From the NCBI GenBank assembly GCA_905182795.1, contig CAJJCZ010000006.1:3264-67263 (forward strand): a stretch of 64,000 nt of DNA, given 5' to 3'. Positions 30,118-40,484 of this stretch are shown here, one piece after another. Within the stretch, counting starts at the first letter, position 1. Each line of letters starts with the position of its first letter. The stretch is from an uncultured bacterium (GTDB taxonomy: Bacteria > Fidelibacterota > Marinisomatia > Marinisomatales > Marinisomataceae). The notes beneath the pieces are model-generated. The model did no database searches and had not been told where the DNA came from. It saw only the letters and a program-made list of their open reading frames with translations. A program made the position numbers and the translations under genes.

Positions 30118-30657
30118 ATGCGAATTACTAAAGTAACTACTAGGAATGGAGATAGTGGAAAAACGGGTTTAGCACGAGGTGGTTCTGTTTATAAAAATGA
30201 AGCTATTATTCACGCCTTAGGAGATATTGATGAGCTTAGTAGCGTAATAGGTGTATGTAATACCGCTTGTGATGATCAGTCTATCGTTGATCAATTAAAG
30301 CTTATTCAAAATGACTTATTTGATATTGGAGGTCAGATATCATTAAATCAAGATGGTGCAAATATTATCACAGAAACTTCTATTACTTCATTAGATAATT
30401 ATATTCATCATTATAACGAATCTTTAGAGCCACTTGAGGAGTTTATTATACCAGGTGGAGATTTATTTTCAGCAAATCTTCATGTTGCAAGAGCAATTAC
30501 AAGAAGAGCAGAAAGAGCGGTCGTAGAATTATATTCAGAAAGTTTAGAAAATAATAATGTAGTAATGTATTTAAATAGATTGTCAGATTATTTATTTGTT
30601 TTATCAAGATTCTACAATAAAAATAAAGATATTCCTGAAAATACTTGGCAGAGATAG
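30118..30657 (+). CDS. pduO: ATP:cob(I)alamin adenosyltransferase, PduO type
   Basis: N-terminus MRITKVTTRNGDSGKTGLARG, plus HVARAITRRAER and LNRLSDYLFVLSR, characteristic of PduO/MMAB-type adenosyltransferases. Confidence 0.85.
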   Translation: MRITKVTTRNGDSGKTGLARGGSVYKNEAIIHALGDIDELSSVIGVCNTACDDQSIVDQLKLIQNDLFDIGGQISLNQDGANIITETSITSLDNYIHHYNESLEPLEEFIIPGGDLFSANLHVARAITRRAERAVVELYSESLENNNVVMYLNRLSDYLFVLSRFYNKNKDIPENTWQR

Positions 30658-30662
30658 TCATT

Positions 30663-31664
30663 ATGAATTACAAGGAAATTGAATCAATTATTGCCGGAAA
30701 AGAGAAAATTTTTATATCGTCACATATTAATCCAGATGGAGATAGCTTAGGCTCTGCTTCTGCCATGTATCACCATTTAAAGAAACTGGGAAAAGATTGT
30801 AGAATTATAAATCATTCTCCTATGCCTGAAGTATACAATTTTTTAAATACGGATAATATTTTTTATGAGCTTGATGGAGATAATGCCGGATTTATTAAGA
30901 ATGCTGATCTAGGAATTATACTAGATATTGGAGATTTTTATCGTTTAGGAGATATAGCCTATCTTGTAGAAGATAATGATATAGAAACTTTAAGTATCGA
31001 TCATCATCCTCAATCTGACAATGATTTGTTTACCAACACTTTTATTGATTTAAATGCCTGTTCTGTTGGAGAAATTTTATATTCATATTTTTGCAATATT
31101 AATAAAACTTTAATAGATAAAAATATTATGTTAGGTCTTTATGTAGCAGTTCTTACGGATACAGGCTCATTCAGACATAGTAATACAACAGAAATCAGCC
31201 ATCAAATTGCAGTTGATGCAATTAGTATGGAAATAGAAATTTCAAAAATCTACCAACATATATATGAAAGCTCCTCTGTGAGTCGTATTAAATTATTAGG
31301 CAATGTAATTCAGAACTTAAATTTTGATTGCAATGGAGAGTTAGCATGGTTTTCCTTGAATGAAGATATGGTGAAAGAAGTGAATGGATCTAATCAAGAT
31401 TTTGATGGATTTACAGATTTTTTTAGAAGTATTAAAGGTGTTGAAGTTTCTCTAATGCTTTATGATTTAAAAGGAAAAGTTAGGTTGAGCTTTAGATCAA
31501 AAGGAAAATATAAAGTAAGTGAAATCGCAAAAAAAATGGGCGGCGGCGGCCATCCTTTTGCAGCTGCAGCATTAGTAGAAGGAGAATTTTCTGACGTTAA
31601 ATCTAACGTTTTAAGTATGTTATCAACCTATATAAATAAGCACAATGAAGATAATATTAGCTAA
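30663..31664 (+). CDS. nrnA: DHH/DHHA1 phosphoesterase (NrnA-like oligoribonuclease / pAp phosphatase)
   Basis: Motifs SHINPDGDSLGS, DIGD, IDHH, DTGSFRHSNT and GGGHPFAAAA. ATG 30663 is preferred. Confidence 0.75.
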   Translation: MNYKEIESIIAGKEKIFISSHINPDGDSLGSASAMYHHLKKLGKDCRIINHSPMPEVYNFLNTDNIFYELDGDNAGFIKNADLGIILDIGDFYRLGDIAYLVEDNDIETLSIDHHPQSDNDLFTNTFIDLNACSVGEILYSYFCNINKTLIDKNIMLGLYVAVLTDTGSFRHSNTTEISHQIAVDAISMEIEISKIYQHIYESSSVSRIKLLGNVIQNLNFDCNGELAWFSLNEDMVKEVNGSNQDFDGFTDFFRSIKGVEVSLMLYDLKGKVRLSFRSKGKYKVSEIAKKMGGGGHPFAAAALVEGEFSDVKSNVLSMLSTYINKHNEDNIS

Positions 31665-32526
31665 ATCAGCAGGTTATTGTTTTGGAGTTCGTGATGCGGT
31701 AAATGCTGCATACGATGTTAGCAAAGAATATGGAGAAGTCTATATGTTAGGTGATATCGTTCATAATGAAAGTGTAGTTGAAGATCTAGAAAAAAAAGGC
31801 GTCAAAGTTGTAGAAAAATTAGAAGAAATTCCAAAAGATAAACCTGTTTTATTTCGTGCTCATGGTACATCAAAAGATGTATGGAAGAAAGCAGAAGACA
31901 AAAAAATGAATATTATCGATGCGACTTGTCCTCTGGTACATGATATACATAGAGAAGTTAAAGAATTACACGCCGAAGGAAGAAAAATTATTATTATTGG
32001 TGATCATGGTCATGATGAAGTGGTAGGCATTGCGAGTCAAATCGATAATGCAATTGTCATCGCATCTATGGAAGAGGCACAACAACTAAAAAAAACAAAA
32101 AAAGCTGGAGTAGTAAGTCAATCCACTCAAGCAATAGAGAATGTTCAAGACATTATTAATGTTTTAATGACTAAAGTGGTAGATTTGAGATTTATAAATA
32201 CTATTTGTTTTCCTACAAAGCGAAATCATCAACAGATTAAAGAATTATCAGCTATAACAGATATGATACTTATTATAGGGTCATTTACAAGTGCCAACTC
32301 TAAGAGATTAACAGAATTAAGTTTGGAAAGAAATAAAAATACCTACCAAGTTACAAATGCTACAGAAATTGATTTGTCTTGGTTTAAAAAGAGTATAAAT
32401 TCCGTTGGTATTTCTGCAGGCGCATCTACCCCTGATTGGATTATCAGTTCAGTAATCAAAAAAGTTAAAGAATTAACAAATACGACAGAGAAGGAAATTA
32501 TTCATGAGTCAAGAGTACGATTTTAA
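31645..32526 (+). CDS. ispH: 4-hydroxy-3-methylbut-2-enyl diphosphate reductase
   Basis: [25 protein letters not shown] and SANSKRL motifs. 293 aa. Confidence 0.9.
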   Translation: MKIILAKSAGYCFGVRDAVNAAYDVSKEYGEVYMLGDIVHNESVVEDLEKKGVKVVEKLEEIPKDKPVLFRAHGTSKDVWKKAEDKKMNIIDATCPLVHDIHREVKELHAEGRKIIIIGDHGHDEVVGIASQIDNAIVIASMEEAQQLKKTKKAGVVSQSTQAIENVQDIINVLMTKVVDLRFINTICFPTKRNHQQIKELSAITDMILIIGSFTSANSKRLTELSLERNKNTYQVTNATEIDLSWFKKSINSVGISAGASTPDWIISSVIKKVKELTNTTEKEIIHESRVRF

Positions 32527-33379
32527 AACAAAAGTTGCATTAGCTGAGATGCTAAAGGGTGGCGTTATAATGGATGTCACAAATGTTGAACAAGCAAAGA
32601 TTGCAGAAGAATCAGGAGCTGTTTCAGTAATGGCTTTAGAGAGAATACCATCAGATATTAGAAAAGATGGAGGCGTTGCTAGAATGAGCAATCCTCATAT
32701 GATCAAAGAAATTCAAGATAATGTTTCTATTCCTGTAATGGCAAAATGTAGAATTGGCCATTTTGCAGAAGCTCAAATCTTACAAGCTCTAGAAGTAGAT
32801 TTTATTGATGAAAGCGAAGTTTTAACAATGGCCGATGAACACTTTCACGTTGACAAGCATCCCTTTAAAGCTCCATTTGTTTGTGGAGCACGTAATCTTG
32901 GTGAAGCTTTAAGAAGAATAGATGAAGGTGCAGCATTAATTCGAACTAAGGGTGAAGCAGGTAGTGGTAATATAGTTGAAGCAGTCAGGCATATGAAAAT
33001 GATTACTTCAGAATTAAAAGCGCTTAAAGAGCAAGATCTATCAAAAAAGGCAGAAGAATTTAGAGTTCCAATAGCACTTGTAGAAGAAGTTGTTAAACAT
33101 GGAAAACTTCCTGTACCTAATTTTGCTGCCGGAGGAATAGCAACTCCTGCAGACGCATCTTTGATGATGCAATTAGGCGCTGAAACAGTGTTTGTTGGTT
33201 CTGGAATTTTTAAAAGTAGTGATCCTTCAGAACGTGCTCATGCTATTGTCCAATCTGTTACTCACTTTACTGATGCTAAGAAAGTGCTTAGCGCATCTTA
33301 TAATTTAAAAGATGCTATGAAAGGATTGTTGATGTCAGATATTCCCGAAGATCAGAGGTTCTCAGAAAGAGGTAAATAA
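32504..33379 (+). CDS. pdxS: Pyridoxal 5'-phosphate synthase, lyase subunit
   Basis: [38 protein letters not shown] is near-invariant PdxS sequence. Confidence 0.95.
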   Translation: MSQEYDFKTKVALAEMLKGGVIMDVTNVEQAKIAEESGAVSVMALERIPSDIRKDGGVARMSNPHMIKEIQDNVSIPVMAKCRIGHFAEAQILQALEVDFIDESEVLTMADEHFHVDKHPFKAPFVCGARNLGEALRRIDEGAALIRTKGEAGSGNIVEAVRHMKMITSELKALKEQDLSKKAEEFRVPIALVEEVVKHGKLPVPNFAAGGIATPADASLMMQLGAETVFVGSGIFKSSDPSERAHAIVQSVTHFTDAKKVLSASYNLKDAMKGLLMSDIPEDQRFSERGK

Positions 33380-33381
33380 TA

Positions 33382-33945
33382 ATGGTCGGAGTTTTGGCTC
33401 TTCAAGGAAACTTTGCATCTCATATTCATATTTTGAATAAGATTGATATAGAATCTAGACTAGTTAAAAGCGTAGAAGACTTATCGGGTCTTGAAGGATT
33501 AATTTTGCCTGGAGGAGAATCTACAACAATGTCAAATCTTCTGCTTAGAGATCAGAATTTTATTGATAGAATAAAGTTATTTTCTGATAATAAACCTATC
33601 CTTGGTACTTGTGCTGGCTTGATTCTTATGGCAAAAAACAGTTTTGATAAAAAAGTATTAAACATGAATATTATTGATATAGAAGTAAATAGAAATGCCT
33701 ATGGTAGACAAGTTCATTCTTTTGATGATTCAATCAGCGTAGAATATAAAAATAATGAACCTTTATCAATTAGAGCATCATTTATTAGAGCTCCTAAGAT
33801 TACTAACATAGGAGAAGATGTAGAGATATTGTGTAAATATAACAGTGAGATTGTTGGCGTAAAGAAAGGTATGCATATGGCAGTTACATGTCATCCTGAA
33901 TTACAAGATGAAGTACTATTACATAAGCTGTGTTTTAAAAGTTAA
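33382..33945 (+). CDS. pdxT: Pyridoxal 5'-phosphate synthase, glutaminase subunit
   Basis: VGVLALQGNF, LPGGESTT, GTCAGLIL (catalytic Cys) and HPE motifs. Confidence 0.9.
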   Translation: MVGVLALQGNFASHIHILNKIDIESRLVKSVEDLSGLEGLILPGGESTTMSNLLLRDQNFIDRIKLFSDNKPILGTCAGLILMAKNSFDKKVLNMNIIDIEVNRNAYGRQVHSFDDSISVEYKNNEPLSIRASFIRAPKITNIGEDVEILCKYNSEIVGVKKGMHMAVTCHPELQDEVLLHKLCFKS

Positions 33946-33947
33946 TT

Positions 33948-35807
33948 ATGAAATATTTAAATAATATCAAATCACCGGAAGACTTAAAATCTTATCCAAA
34001 AGAAGATTTAGTAATTATCTGTGATGAATTAAGAGAATATATTATATCAACAATTAGTGAAATTGGAGGTCATTTAGCTCCAACCTTAGGTACAATAGAA
34101 CTAACTACAGCTCTTCACTATGTTTATGACACACCAAAAGATAAACTAATTTGGGATGTTGGACATCAAGCATATGCACATAAAGTTTTAACAGGAAGAC
34201 TTGATTCTTTTCATACTATTAGAAAATATAAAGGATTAAGTGGATTTTTAAAAAGAACTGAAAGTGAATATGATGTATTTGGAGCTGGACATGCATCAAC
34301 TTCTATTTCTGCTGGTCTAGGTATAGCTTGTGCAAGAGACTTGAATAATGAAAATTTTAAAGTAGTAAGCATTATAGGTGATGGAGCCCTAACTGGCGGG
34401 CTTGCATTTGAAGCGCTAAATAATGCTGGGCATCTTAAAAAACAATTATTGGTTGTTGTTAATGATAATGATATGTCAATTAGTCCTAATGTAGGAGCAT
34501 TTAGAAACTATCTAGTTAAAATTGCTACTAATAAGTCTTATAACTATATAAGAGGTAAGATTGGAAAGTTGATAACGAGATTGCCTAAAGGATTCAAATT
34601 TATTGAAGCTTTATTAAAAAAAGTAGAATCGAGCACAAAAAATTTCTTTTTACCAACGACTATATTTGAAGATTTAGGTTTTAGATATTTTGGTCCTGTA
34701 GATGGACACAATATTAATGAGCTAGTTGACACCTTAAGTAATATAAAAGATTTAAATACTCCGGTAGTCCTTCATACTATTACAAAAAAAGGAAAGGGTC
34801 TCGATTATGCAGAACATGATCCTATTAAATATCATGGAGTAAAAGAGAAAAAAGAAAAACCTAATGGGAAAGTTCAAGAAGCACCTATTTTTCAAAATGT
34901 TTTTAGTGAAGTCTCTTGCTCTCTAGGAAAAAATAATAAAGATATTGTTGCTATTACAGCTGCAATGCGAGAAGGTACGGGATTGGTTAATTTTGCAAAA
35001 GAATTTCCTGATAGATATTTTGATGTAGGTATAGCAGAGGCGCATGCGGTAACATTTGCTGGAGGATTAGCAGTTAATGGCAAAATTCCAATAGTCGCAA
35101 TTTATTCTACGTTTTTACAAAGAGCTTATGATCAGATTATCCACGATATCGCTTTGCAGAAATTACCTGTAGTATTTTGTTTAGATAGATCTGGTTTAGT
35201 AGGAGAAGATGGAGCAACGCATCATGGAGTTTTAGATATTGCATATATGAAATGCATTCAAGGAATGATTGTTTCTGCGCCAAGAGATGGAAATGAATTA
35301 AAAGATTTATTACTTACAGCTACTAATTATAATAGCGGCCCTTTTAGTATCAGATATCCAAAAGAGTCATCAATAAATTTTGATAATAAAGACCCCAATC
35401 TTATAGAAATTGGTTCTTGGGAGGTCATGACTACAGGTGAAGATGTTTTAATTTTAGCAGTTGGATCTATGGTTAGCAGAAGTACTGATATCGTAGAAAG
35501 GTTAAAAGAAAAAAATATTCAAGCTGAAGTCATTAATTGTAGATTTATTAAACCAATGGACTTAGAATACTTAAATAATAATCTTTCAAGATTTTCTAAG
35601 ATTGTGACTATTGAAGAAGGTGTTTTGCATGGAGGATTTGGAGAGGGTGTTACAGCCTGGTCCTCTGATAAAAATTTGAAGAATGAAATTTTAAATATTG
35701 GTTTACCGAATGATTTTGTAGATCACGGTCCAAGAAATGTACTATTAGAAGAGGTAGGTTTAGATAGCTCTTCTTTGTATGAAAAAATTATTCAATTTAT
35801 TAAATAA
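33948..35807 (+). CDS. dxs: 1-deoxy-D-xylulose-5-phosphate synthase
   Basis: GGHLAPTLGTIELTTALHYVYDTPKDKLIWDVGHQAYAHKVLTGR, the TPP motif GDGALTGG and IAEAHAV. Confidence 0.95.
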   Translation: MKYLNNIKSPEDLKSYPKEDLVIICDELREYIISTISEIGGHLAPTLGTIELTTALHYVYDTPKDKLIWDVGHQAYAHKVLTGRLDSFHTIRKYKGLSGFLKRTESEYDVFGAGHASTSISAGLGIACARDLNNENFKVVSIIGDGALTGGLAFEALNNAGHLKKQLLVVVNDNDMSISPNVGAFRNYLVKIATNKSYNYIRGKIGKLITRLPKGFKFIEALLKKVESSTKNFFLPTTIFEDLGFRYFGPVDGHNINELVDTLSNIKDLNTPVVLHTITKKGKGLDYAEHDPIKYHGVKEKKEKPNGKVQEAPIFQNVFSEVSCSLGKNNKDIVAITAAMREGTGLVNFAKEFPDRYFDVGIAEAHAVTFAGGLAVNGKIPIVAIYSTFLQRAYDQIIHDIALQKLPVVFCLDRSGLVGEDGATHHGVLDIAYMKCIQGMIVSAPRDGNELKDLLLTATNYNSGPFSIRYPKESSINFDNKDPNLIEIGSWEVMTTGEDVLILAVGSMVSRSTDIVERLKEKNIQAEVINCRFIKPMDLEYLNNNLSRFSKIVTIEEGVLHGGFGEGVTAWSSDKNLKNEILNIGLPNDFVDHGPRNVLLEEVGLDSSSLYEKIIQFIK

Positions 35808-35814
35808 TAAGAAA

Positions 35815-37413
35815 ATGAGTAAAAAAGTACCAAATAGAGAAAAAAACTTTAACAGTCTCAGCGGTAACAAGCTGAAAGAATATTATTCATCTGATAAAAA
35901 AAGTGATAAATATAATATAGATCCAGGCACTTTTCCATATACTCGAGGAATTCATAAAAATATGTATAGAGGAAAATTGTGGACTATGAGACAATTTTCG
36001 GGTTTTAGTACTCCAGAAAAAACAAATGAGAGATATAAATATTTATTAAATAATGGTCAGACTGGACTTTCTGTTGCTTATGATATGCCAACACTTATGG
36101 GTTATGACCCTGATCATGAACTATCATCTGGCGAAGTAGGCGTTTGCGGTGTTAATGTTGCTTCTTTAGATGATATGGAAACTTTATTTGAAGGTATAGA
36201 CTTAGAAAAAATTTCTGTATCTCAAACTATTAACGGTCCTGCAATTATATTGTTTGCTTTCTATGTAGCATTAGCAAAGAAAAATGGAATTGATATTAGT
36301 TCTTTAAGAGGAACATTGCAGAATGATGCTGTAAAAGAGTATATAGCACAAAAAGAATTTATTTTTCCTCCGAAACCTTCAATAAAATTGGTAGTTGATG
36401 TTATTGAGTTTTGTTCAGAGAATATGCCACTTTATAGTCCTGTATCGATAAGCGGTTATCATATAAGAGAAGCCGGATCGACTGCTGCACAAGAATTAGC
36501 ATTTACATTAAACAGTGGATTTACCTATATAGAAGCTGCACTAGAAAGAGGTCTCAAAATTGATGACTTTGCTCCTAGATTATCATTCTTTTTTAACTCT
36601 CATATGGATTTCTTTGAAGAGATAGGTAAATATAGAGCAGCAAGAAGAATTTGGGCTCATAAATTAAAAAATGAGTATGGCGCAAAAAGTGAAAATTCAT
36701 TGAAGCTAAAATTTCATACACAAACAGCCGGATGTTCTTTGACTGCGCAACAACCAGAAAATAATATTGTGAGAACTGCATATGAAGCGATGTCTGCAGT
36801 ATTGGGCGGAACAAATTCTCTTCATACAAATTCACTTGATGAAACATTAGCACTTCCATCAGAAAAAGCAGCAAAAATAGCATTAAGAACTCAACAAATT
36901 CTTGCACATGAAACAGGCGTACCTAATGTAGCCGATCCATTGGGAGGATCGTGGTATGTAGAAGAAATAACTGATAGAATTGAAGATGAAGCAAATGAAT
37001 ACTTTAAAGCAATAAAGAATCTTGGTGGTACAGTTATAGCCATTGAAGATGGTTATTTTCAAAAGAAAATTGGTGAATCTGCATCAATCTATCAAGAATC
37101 AATTGATTCAAATGAAAGAATAATTGTTGGATTGAATGATTTTGTTGATAAGGACGAAAAACTTGAAATTGAAATTTTAAAAATATCTCAAGAAGCTCAA
37201 GATATCCAAGAAGAAAAAATTAAAAGATTGAGAGAAAAAAGAAATAACGCACTACTAAATAAAAAAATGAAAAAATTAAGAAATGCTTGCGAAAATAATT
37301 TAAATTTAGTCCCTTGTTTAGTTGAAGTAGCTGAGCATGGAGGTACTGTCGGAGAAATTGTCGAACTAATGAAAAGTGTATATGGGGAATGGGAAGAATC
37401 TTTTGGAATTTAA
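35815..37413 (+). CDS. Methylmalonyl-CoA mutase-family large (catalytic, substrate-binding) subunit without a B12-binding domain
   Basis: PGTFPYTRGIHKNMYRGKLWTMRQFSGF, GQTGLSVAYDMPT, TINGPA, HTQTAGCSLTAQQPENNIVRTA. It ends before the usual C-terminal cobalamin-binding domain. ATG 35815 is preferred to the track start 35779. Confidence 0.85.
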   Translation: MSKKVPNREKNFNSLSGNKLKEYYSSDKKSDKYNIDPGTFPYTRGIHKNMYRGKLWTMRQFSGFSTPEKTNERYKYLLNNGQTGLSVAYDMPTLMGYDPDHELSSGEVGVCGVNVASLDDMETLFEGIDLEKISVSQTINGPAIILFAFYVALAKKNGIDISSLRGTLQNDAVKEYIAQKEFIFPPKPSIKLVVDVIEFCSENMPLYSPVSISGYHIREAGSTAAQELAFTLNSGFTYIEAALERGLKIDDFAPRLSFFFNSHMDFFEEIGKYRAARRIWAHKLKNEYGAKSENSLKLKFHTQTAGCSLTAQQPENNIVRTAYEAMSAVLGGTNSLHTNSLDETLALPSEKAAKIALRTQQILAHETGVPNVADPLGGSWYVEEITDRIEDEANEYFKAIKNLGGTVIAIEDGYFQKKIGESASIYQESIDSNERIIVGLNDFVDKDEKLEIEILKISQEAQDIQEEKIKRLREKRNNALLNKKMKKLRNACENNLNLVPCLVEVAEHGGTVGEIVELMKSVYGEWEESFGI

Positions 37414-37416
37414 ATT

Positions 37417-37827
37417 ATGAATAAAATTTACACATCACTGATTCTAGTTTTTACCTTAATTGTCGTATGGACTATATATCTTACTAATGTAGAAAATGAT
37501 ACTAATAGCTTAACAGTTCGTTACTATACAATAGAGGAGCTCTCCACTAAAGAAGCTTCTATTACTAAGGTTAAGGTTGGAGGGCTGATTAAGCCAGATT
37601 CAATCATTATTAATGATACAGATCAACTAGAAGTATCATTTTATGTATACCAAGGAAGCGATAGCTTAAAAGTTTATTATTATGGTATTAGACCAGATTT
37701 ATTTAAAGATAATGCAGAGGTTGTAGTCGCTGGCGCCTTTGATGATAATTTGATTATTGCTACAGAACTTCAAACTAAATGCGCTTCACGTTATGAAGGC
37801 GATTTAAAAAATATAGAAAAAATATAA
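37417..37827 (+). CDS. ccmE: Cytochrome c maturation heme chaperone CcmE, Cys-variant (CxxxY instead of HxxxY)
   Basis: 136 aa with an N-terminal TM anchor and an OB-fold-like body (KVGGLIKPDSI ... VVVAGAF). The C-terminal heme-attachment position reads TKCASRYEG (C-x3-Y). It is followed directly by ccmF. Confidence 0.75.
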   Translation: MNKIYTSLILVFTLIVVWTIYLTNVENDTNSLTVRYYTIEELSTKEASITKVKVGGLIKPDSIIINDTDQLEVSFYVYQGSDSLKVYYYGIRPDLFKDNAEVVVAGAFDDNLIIATELQTKCASRYEGDLKNIEKI

Positions 37828-39809
37828 TGATTTCTCAAATTGGAAGTTTAGCGCTCAGTATAAGTGGCGGATTAATATTATCAAACTTCTTCTTTCTATT
37901 TTACTATGCTATTAAAAAAGATAAAACTTTTCTAAACGTATCTGAAAGAGGGTTAATAGCAGTATGTTTTTGTGTTATACTAGCTACTCTTTGCCTACTA
38001 AATGAATTATTAATTAGTAATTTTAATTTGCAATATGTGTCTCAATATACAAGCTATGAAACTCCATTATTTTTTAAAGTTACTGCTTTATGGGCAGGGC
38101 AAGCTGGTTCATTGCTTTTCTGGACATTCATCATGTCTATATATTCATTAATTTATATTCATGTCACTTTGAAGAAGATGCCTATATTGAAGTATTCATC
38201 TTATATTATACTCTCTTTTATCTTCGGATTTTTTTTACTTTTATCAAATTTTATAGCAAATCCCTTTCAGCCAGTATCATCTGATATTATTGTACAAAAT
38301 GGAAATGGTTTAAATCCATTATTACAAAATGTTACAATGGCTATTCATCCACCAACTCTTTATTTGGGTTTTATTGGAACAACAATCTTATTCGTTATGG
38401 CTTTATCCGGTTTAATATCTAAATCGCTTAATTTCGAATGGATTCAATCAATTAGGCGTTGGTCATTGATTGTATGGACTTTCTTATCTGGAGGTATCAT
38501 TTTAGGCGGGTATTGGGCATACAATGAATTAGGTTGGGGTGGATATTGGGCATGGGATCCAGTAGAAAATTCTTCTTTAATGCCTTGGCTTATACTTACT
38601 GCATTTATTCACTCATCTATGATACAAGAAAAAAGAGGTATGTTAAAATCCTGGAATATTCTATTAGCAGCATCAACTTTCCTATTAGTTATTTTAGGTA
38701 CATTTATTACTAGGAGTGGAATAGTATCTTCCGTTCATTCATTTACTGCTGAAAATTTAGGACCACTATTCCTTGCTTTTTTATCAAGTTTAATTTTATT
38801 TACTGGCTATTGGTTTGTTAAACGATTTGATACATTAAAGTCAGATAATAAAATTGATTCTTTCACTTCAAGAGAGGGTGGATTTTTATATAATAATCTA
38901 ATTTTACTCTTAATGTGCTTTATTGTGCTATGGGGTACACTATTCCCTATTCTTTCTGAAGCATGGAATGGAGAAAAAATCTATGTAGGAGCCACTTATT
39001 TCAATCAACTAAATGTTCCTATTGGGTTGGTATTATTATTTTTAATGGGAGTTGGCCCACTGCTATCTTGGAAAACAACTTCAAGACATACTTTATTATC
39101 AAATTTTAAAATTCCAATGTTAATGAGCTTCTTTTCTGGAGTTATATATTCTATATTTTTTGGCCCATTTCAACTATATCCCTTGGTAACATGCATGGGT
39201 ATAGCATTTACGATTACATCTATAATGAATGAATTTAGAAAGTCATATAAAAAATCTAAAAGTAATAGTAAGTCTATCCCATCGGCTATTGTAAGTATGT
39301 TATTTAGTAATAGACATAAAAATGGGGGATATATTGTTCATATTGGAATCACGTTGCTTTTTGTAGGCTTTATTGGAAGAGCATTTGAAGTAGAGAAAGA
39401 ATTTAACTTATCTCCTGGTGAGGAAATTTATTTTGCAAACTATATCTTTAAACTTAATAGTATTAAAAGTGAAGCTAGAGACAATCATTATGCATTTATA
39501 AGTGATATAGATGTAATAGATCAAAGCAATAATCTATTAACTAGTTTACGTCCTGAAAAAAGAATTTATTTTTATTGGAATCCAGATCCCGAGCAGCGTC
39601 AGCCTCATAGTGAGCTTGATATTTATAGTACCATGAGAAAGGATATATACTCAATATTTTCTGCTTACGATGCAGAAAAAAATCAAGGATACTTTAAAAT
39701 TATGATTAATCCTTTAGTAAATTGGGTATGGGTAGGAGGTATCGTAATGGTACTTGGTTCTTTATTTTCTTTTTGGCCCTCCAAAAGGAGAAATCATGGA
39801 ATTATTTAA
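37827..39809 (+). CDS. ccmF: Cytochrome c-type biogenesis protein CcmF (heme lyase component)
   Basis: 660 aa, polytopic, with the WWD motif WGGYWAWDPVENSSLMPWL. Confidence 0.9.
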   Translation: MISQIGSLALSISGGLILSNFFFLFYYAIKKDKTFLNVSERGLIAVCFCVILATLCLLNELLISNFNLQYVSQYTSYETPLFFKVTALWAGQAGSLLFWTFIMSIYSLIYIHVTLKKMPILKYSSYIILSFIFGFFLLLSNFIANPFQPVSSDIIVQNGNGLNPLLQNVTMAIHPPTLYLGFIGTTILFVMALSGLISKSLNFEWIQSIRRWSLIVWTFLSGGIILGGYWAYNELGWGGYWAWDPVENSSLMPWLILTAFIHSSMIQEKRGMLKSWNILLAASTFLLVILGTFITRSGIVSSVHSFTAENLGPLFLAFLSSLILFTGYWFVKRFDTLKSDNKIDSFTSREGGFLYNNLILLLMCFIVLWGTLFPILSEAWNGEKIYVGATYFNQLNVPIGLVLLFLMGVGPLLSWKTTSRHTLLSNFKIPMLMSFFSGVIYSIFFGPFQLYPLVTCMGIAFTITSIMNEFRKSYKKSKSNSKSIPSAIVSMLFSNRHKNGGYIVHIGITLLFVGFIGRAFEVEKEFNLSPGEEIYFANYIFKLNSIKSEARDNHYAFISDIDVIDQSNNLLTSLRPEKRIYFYWNPDPEQRQPHSELDIYSTMRKDIYSIFSAYDAEKNQGYFKIMINPLVNWVWVGGIVMVLGSLFSFWPSKRRNHGII

Positions 39810-39885
39810 CCAAATTTTTATTTTTGCATTATATGTTATGATAGTTCTATTTGTGTTCTATCCTTTGCTAAAAAAAATTAAATAA
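39796..39885 (+). CDS. 29-aa single-TM mini-ORF translationally coupled between ccmF and ccmA (function unknown)
   Basis: It is not in the ORF track. AGGAG (39786-39790) lies 5 nt before ATG 39796. The product is MELFNQIFIFALYVMIVLFVFYPLLKKIK*. It starts inside the ccmF end, and its TAA overlaps the ccmA ATG (TAATG). Confidence 0.4.
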   Translation: MELFNQIFIFALYVMIVLFVFYPLLKKIK

Positions 39886-40484
39886 TGTTACAAATCACAA
39901 ATCTTAGTAAATCATTTTCTGATACCAAAGTATTAGACAATATTTCGCATACAGTAGATTCCGGCAAGCTAGTTGCTTTGCTAGGGAAGAATGGATCAGG
40001 TAAAACAACTTTTTTAAAATGTATATCTAATATTATGAATATTGATTCTGGAGATGTTGATTATAATGGATCTAGCTTTTTATTTTTGAATGATAAAGCA
40101 AATATTTTTAGCGACTTAACTATACTAAATAATCTTAAATGTATTTTACGTTTTTATAATCAAGACCTAGATATGGATACTTACAATAAGTATCTGAATT
40201 TATTAGGATTAAAAGAGTTTGAAAGTTTACCATTAAAGTATTTATCAAGAGGAAATCTGCAAAGAAACAAATTATTTATTGCGCTAAATCTATCATGGAA
40301 ATATCTATTAATAGATGAGCCTTTTACTAACTTAGATGATAGTGCTCAAGATATCTTTAGAGATATTTTCTTAGATTTGAAATCAAGAGATAGGACTATT
40401 ATTTTCTCAACACATAATTTTAGTCATGTGTCAGATATTTGTGATCAATCTATAAAGATAGAAATGGGAAAGATTGCTTTATGA
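39885..40484 (+). CDS. ccmA: Heme exporter ATP-binding protein CcmA-like (ABC ATPase)
   Basis: Walker A LLGKNGSGKTT, a degenerate signature LSRGNLQR and Walker B LLIDEPFTNLD. At 199 aa it is short, and it is positioned before ccmB and ccmC. Confidence 0.75.
   Translation: MLQITNLSKSFSDTKVLDNISHTVDSGKLVALLGKNGSGKTTFLKCISNIMNIDSGDVDYNGSSFLFLNDKANIFSDLTILNNLKCILRFYNQDLDMDTYNKYLNLLGLKEFESLPLKYLSRGNLQRNKLFIALNLSWKYLLIDEPFTNLDDSAQDIFRDIFLDLKSRDRTIIFSTHNFSHVSDICDQSIKIEMGKIAL

Noticed and set aside
36593-36907. 104-aa antisense ORF inside the mutase gene.
   Set aside because: It is a shadow ORF. The sense frame carries the mutase motifs throughout.
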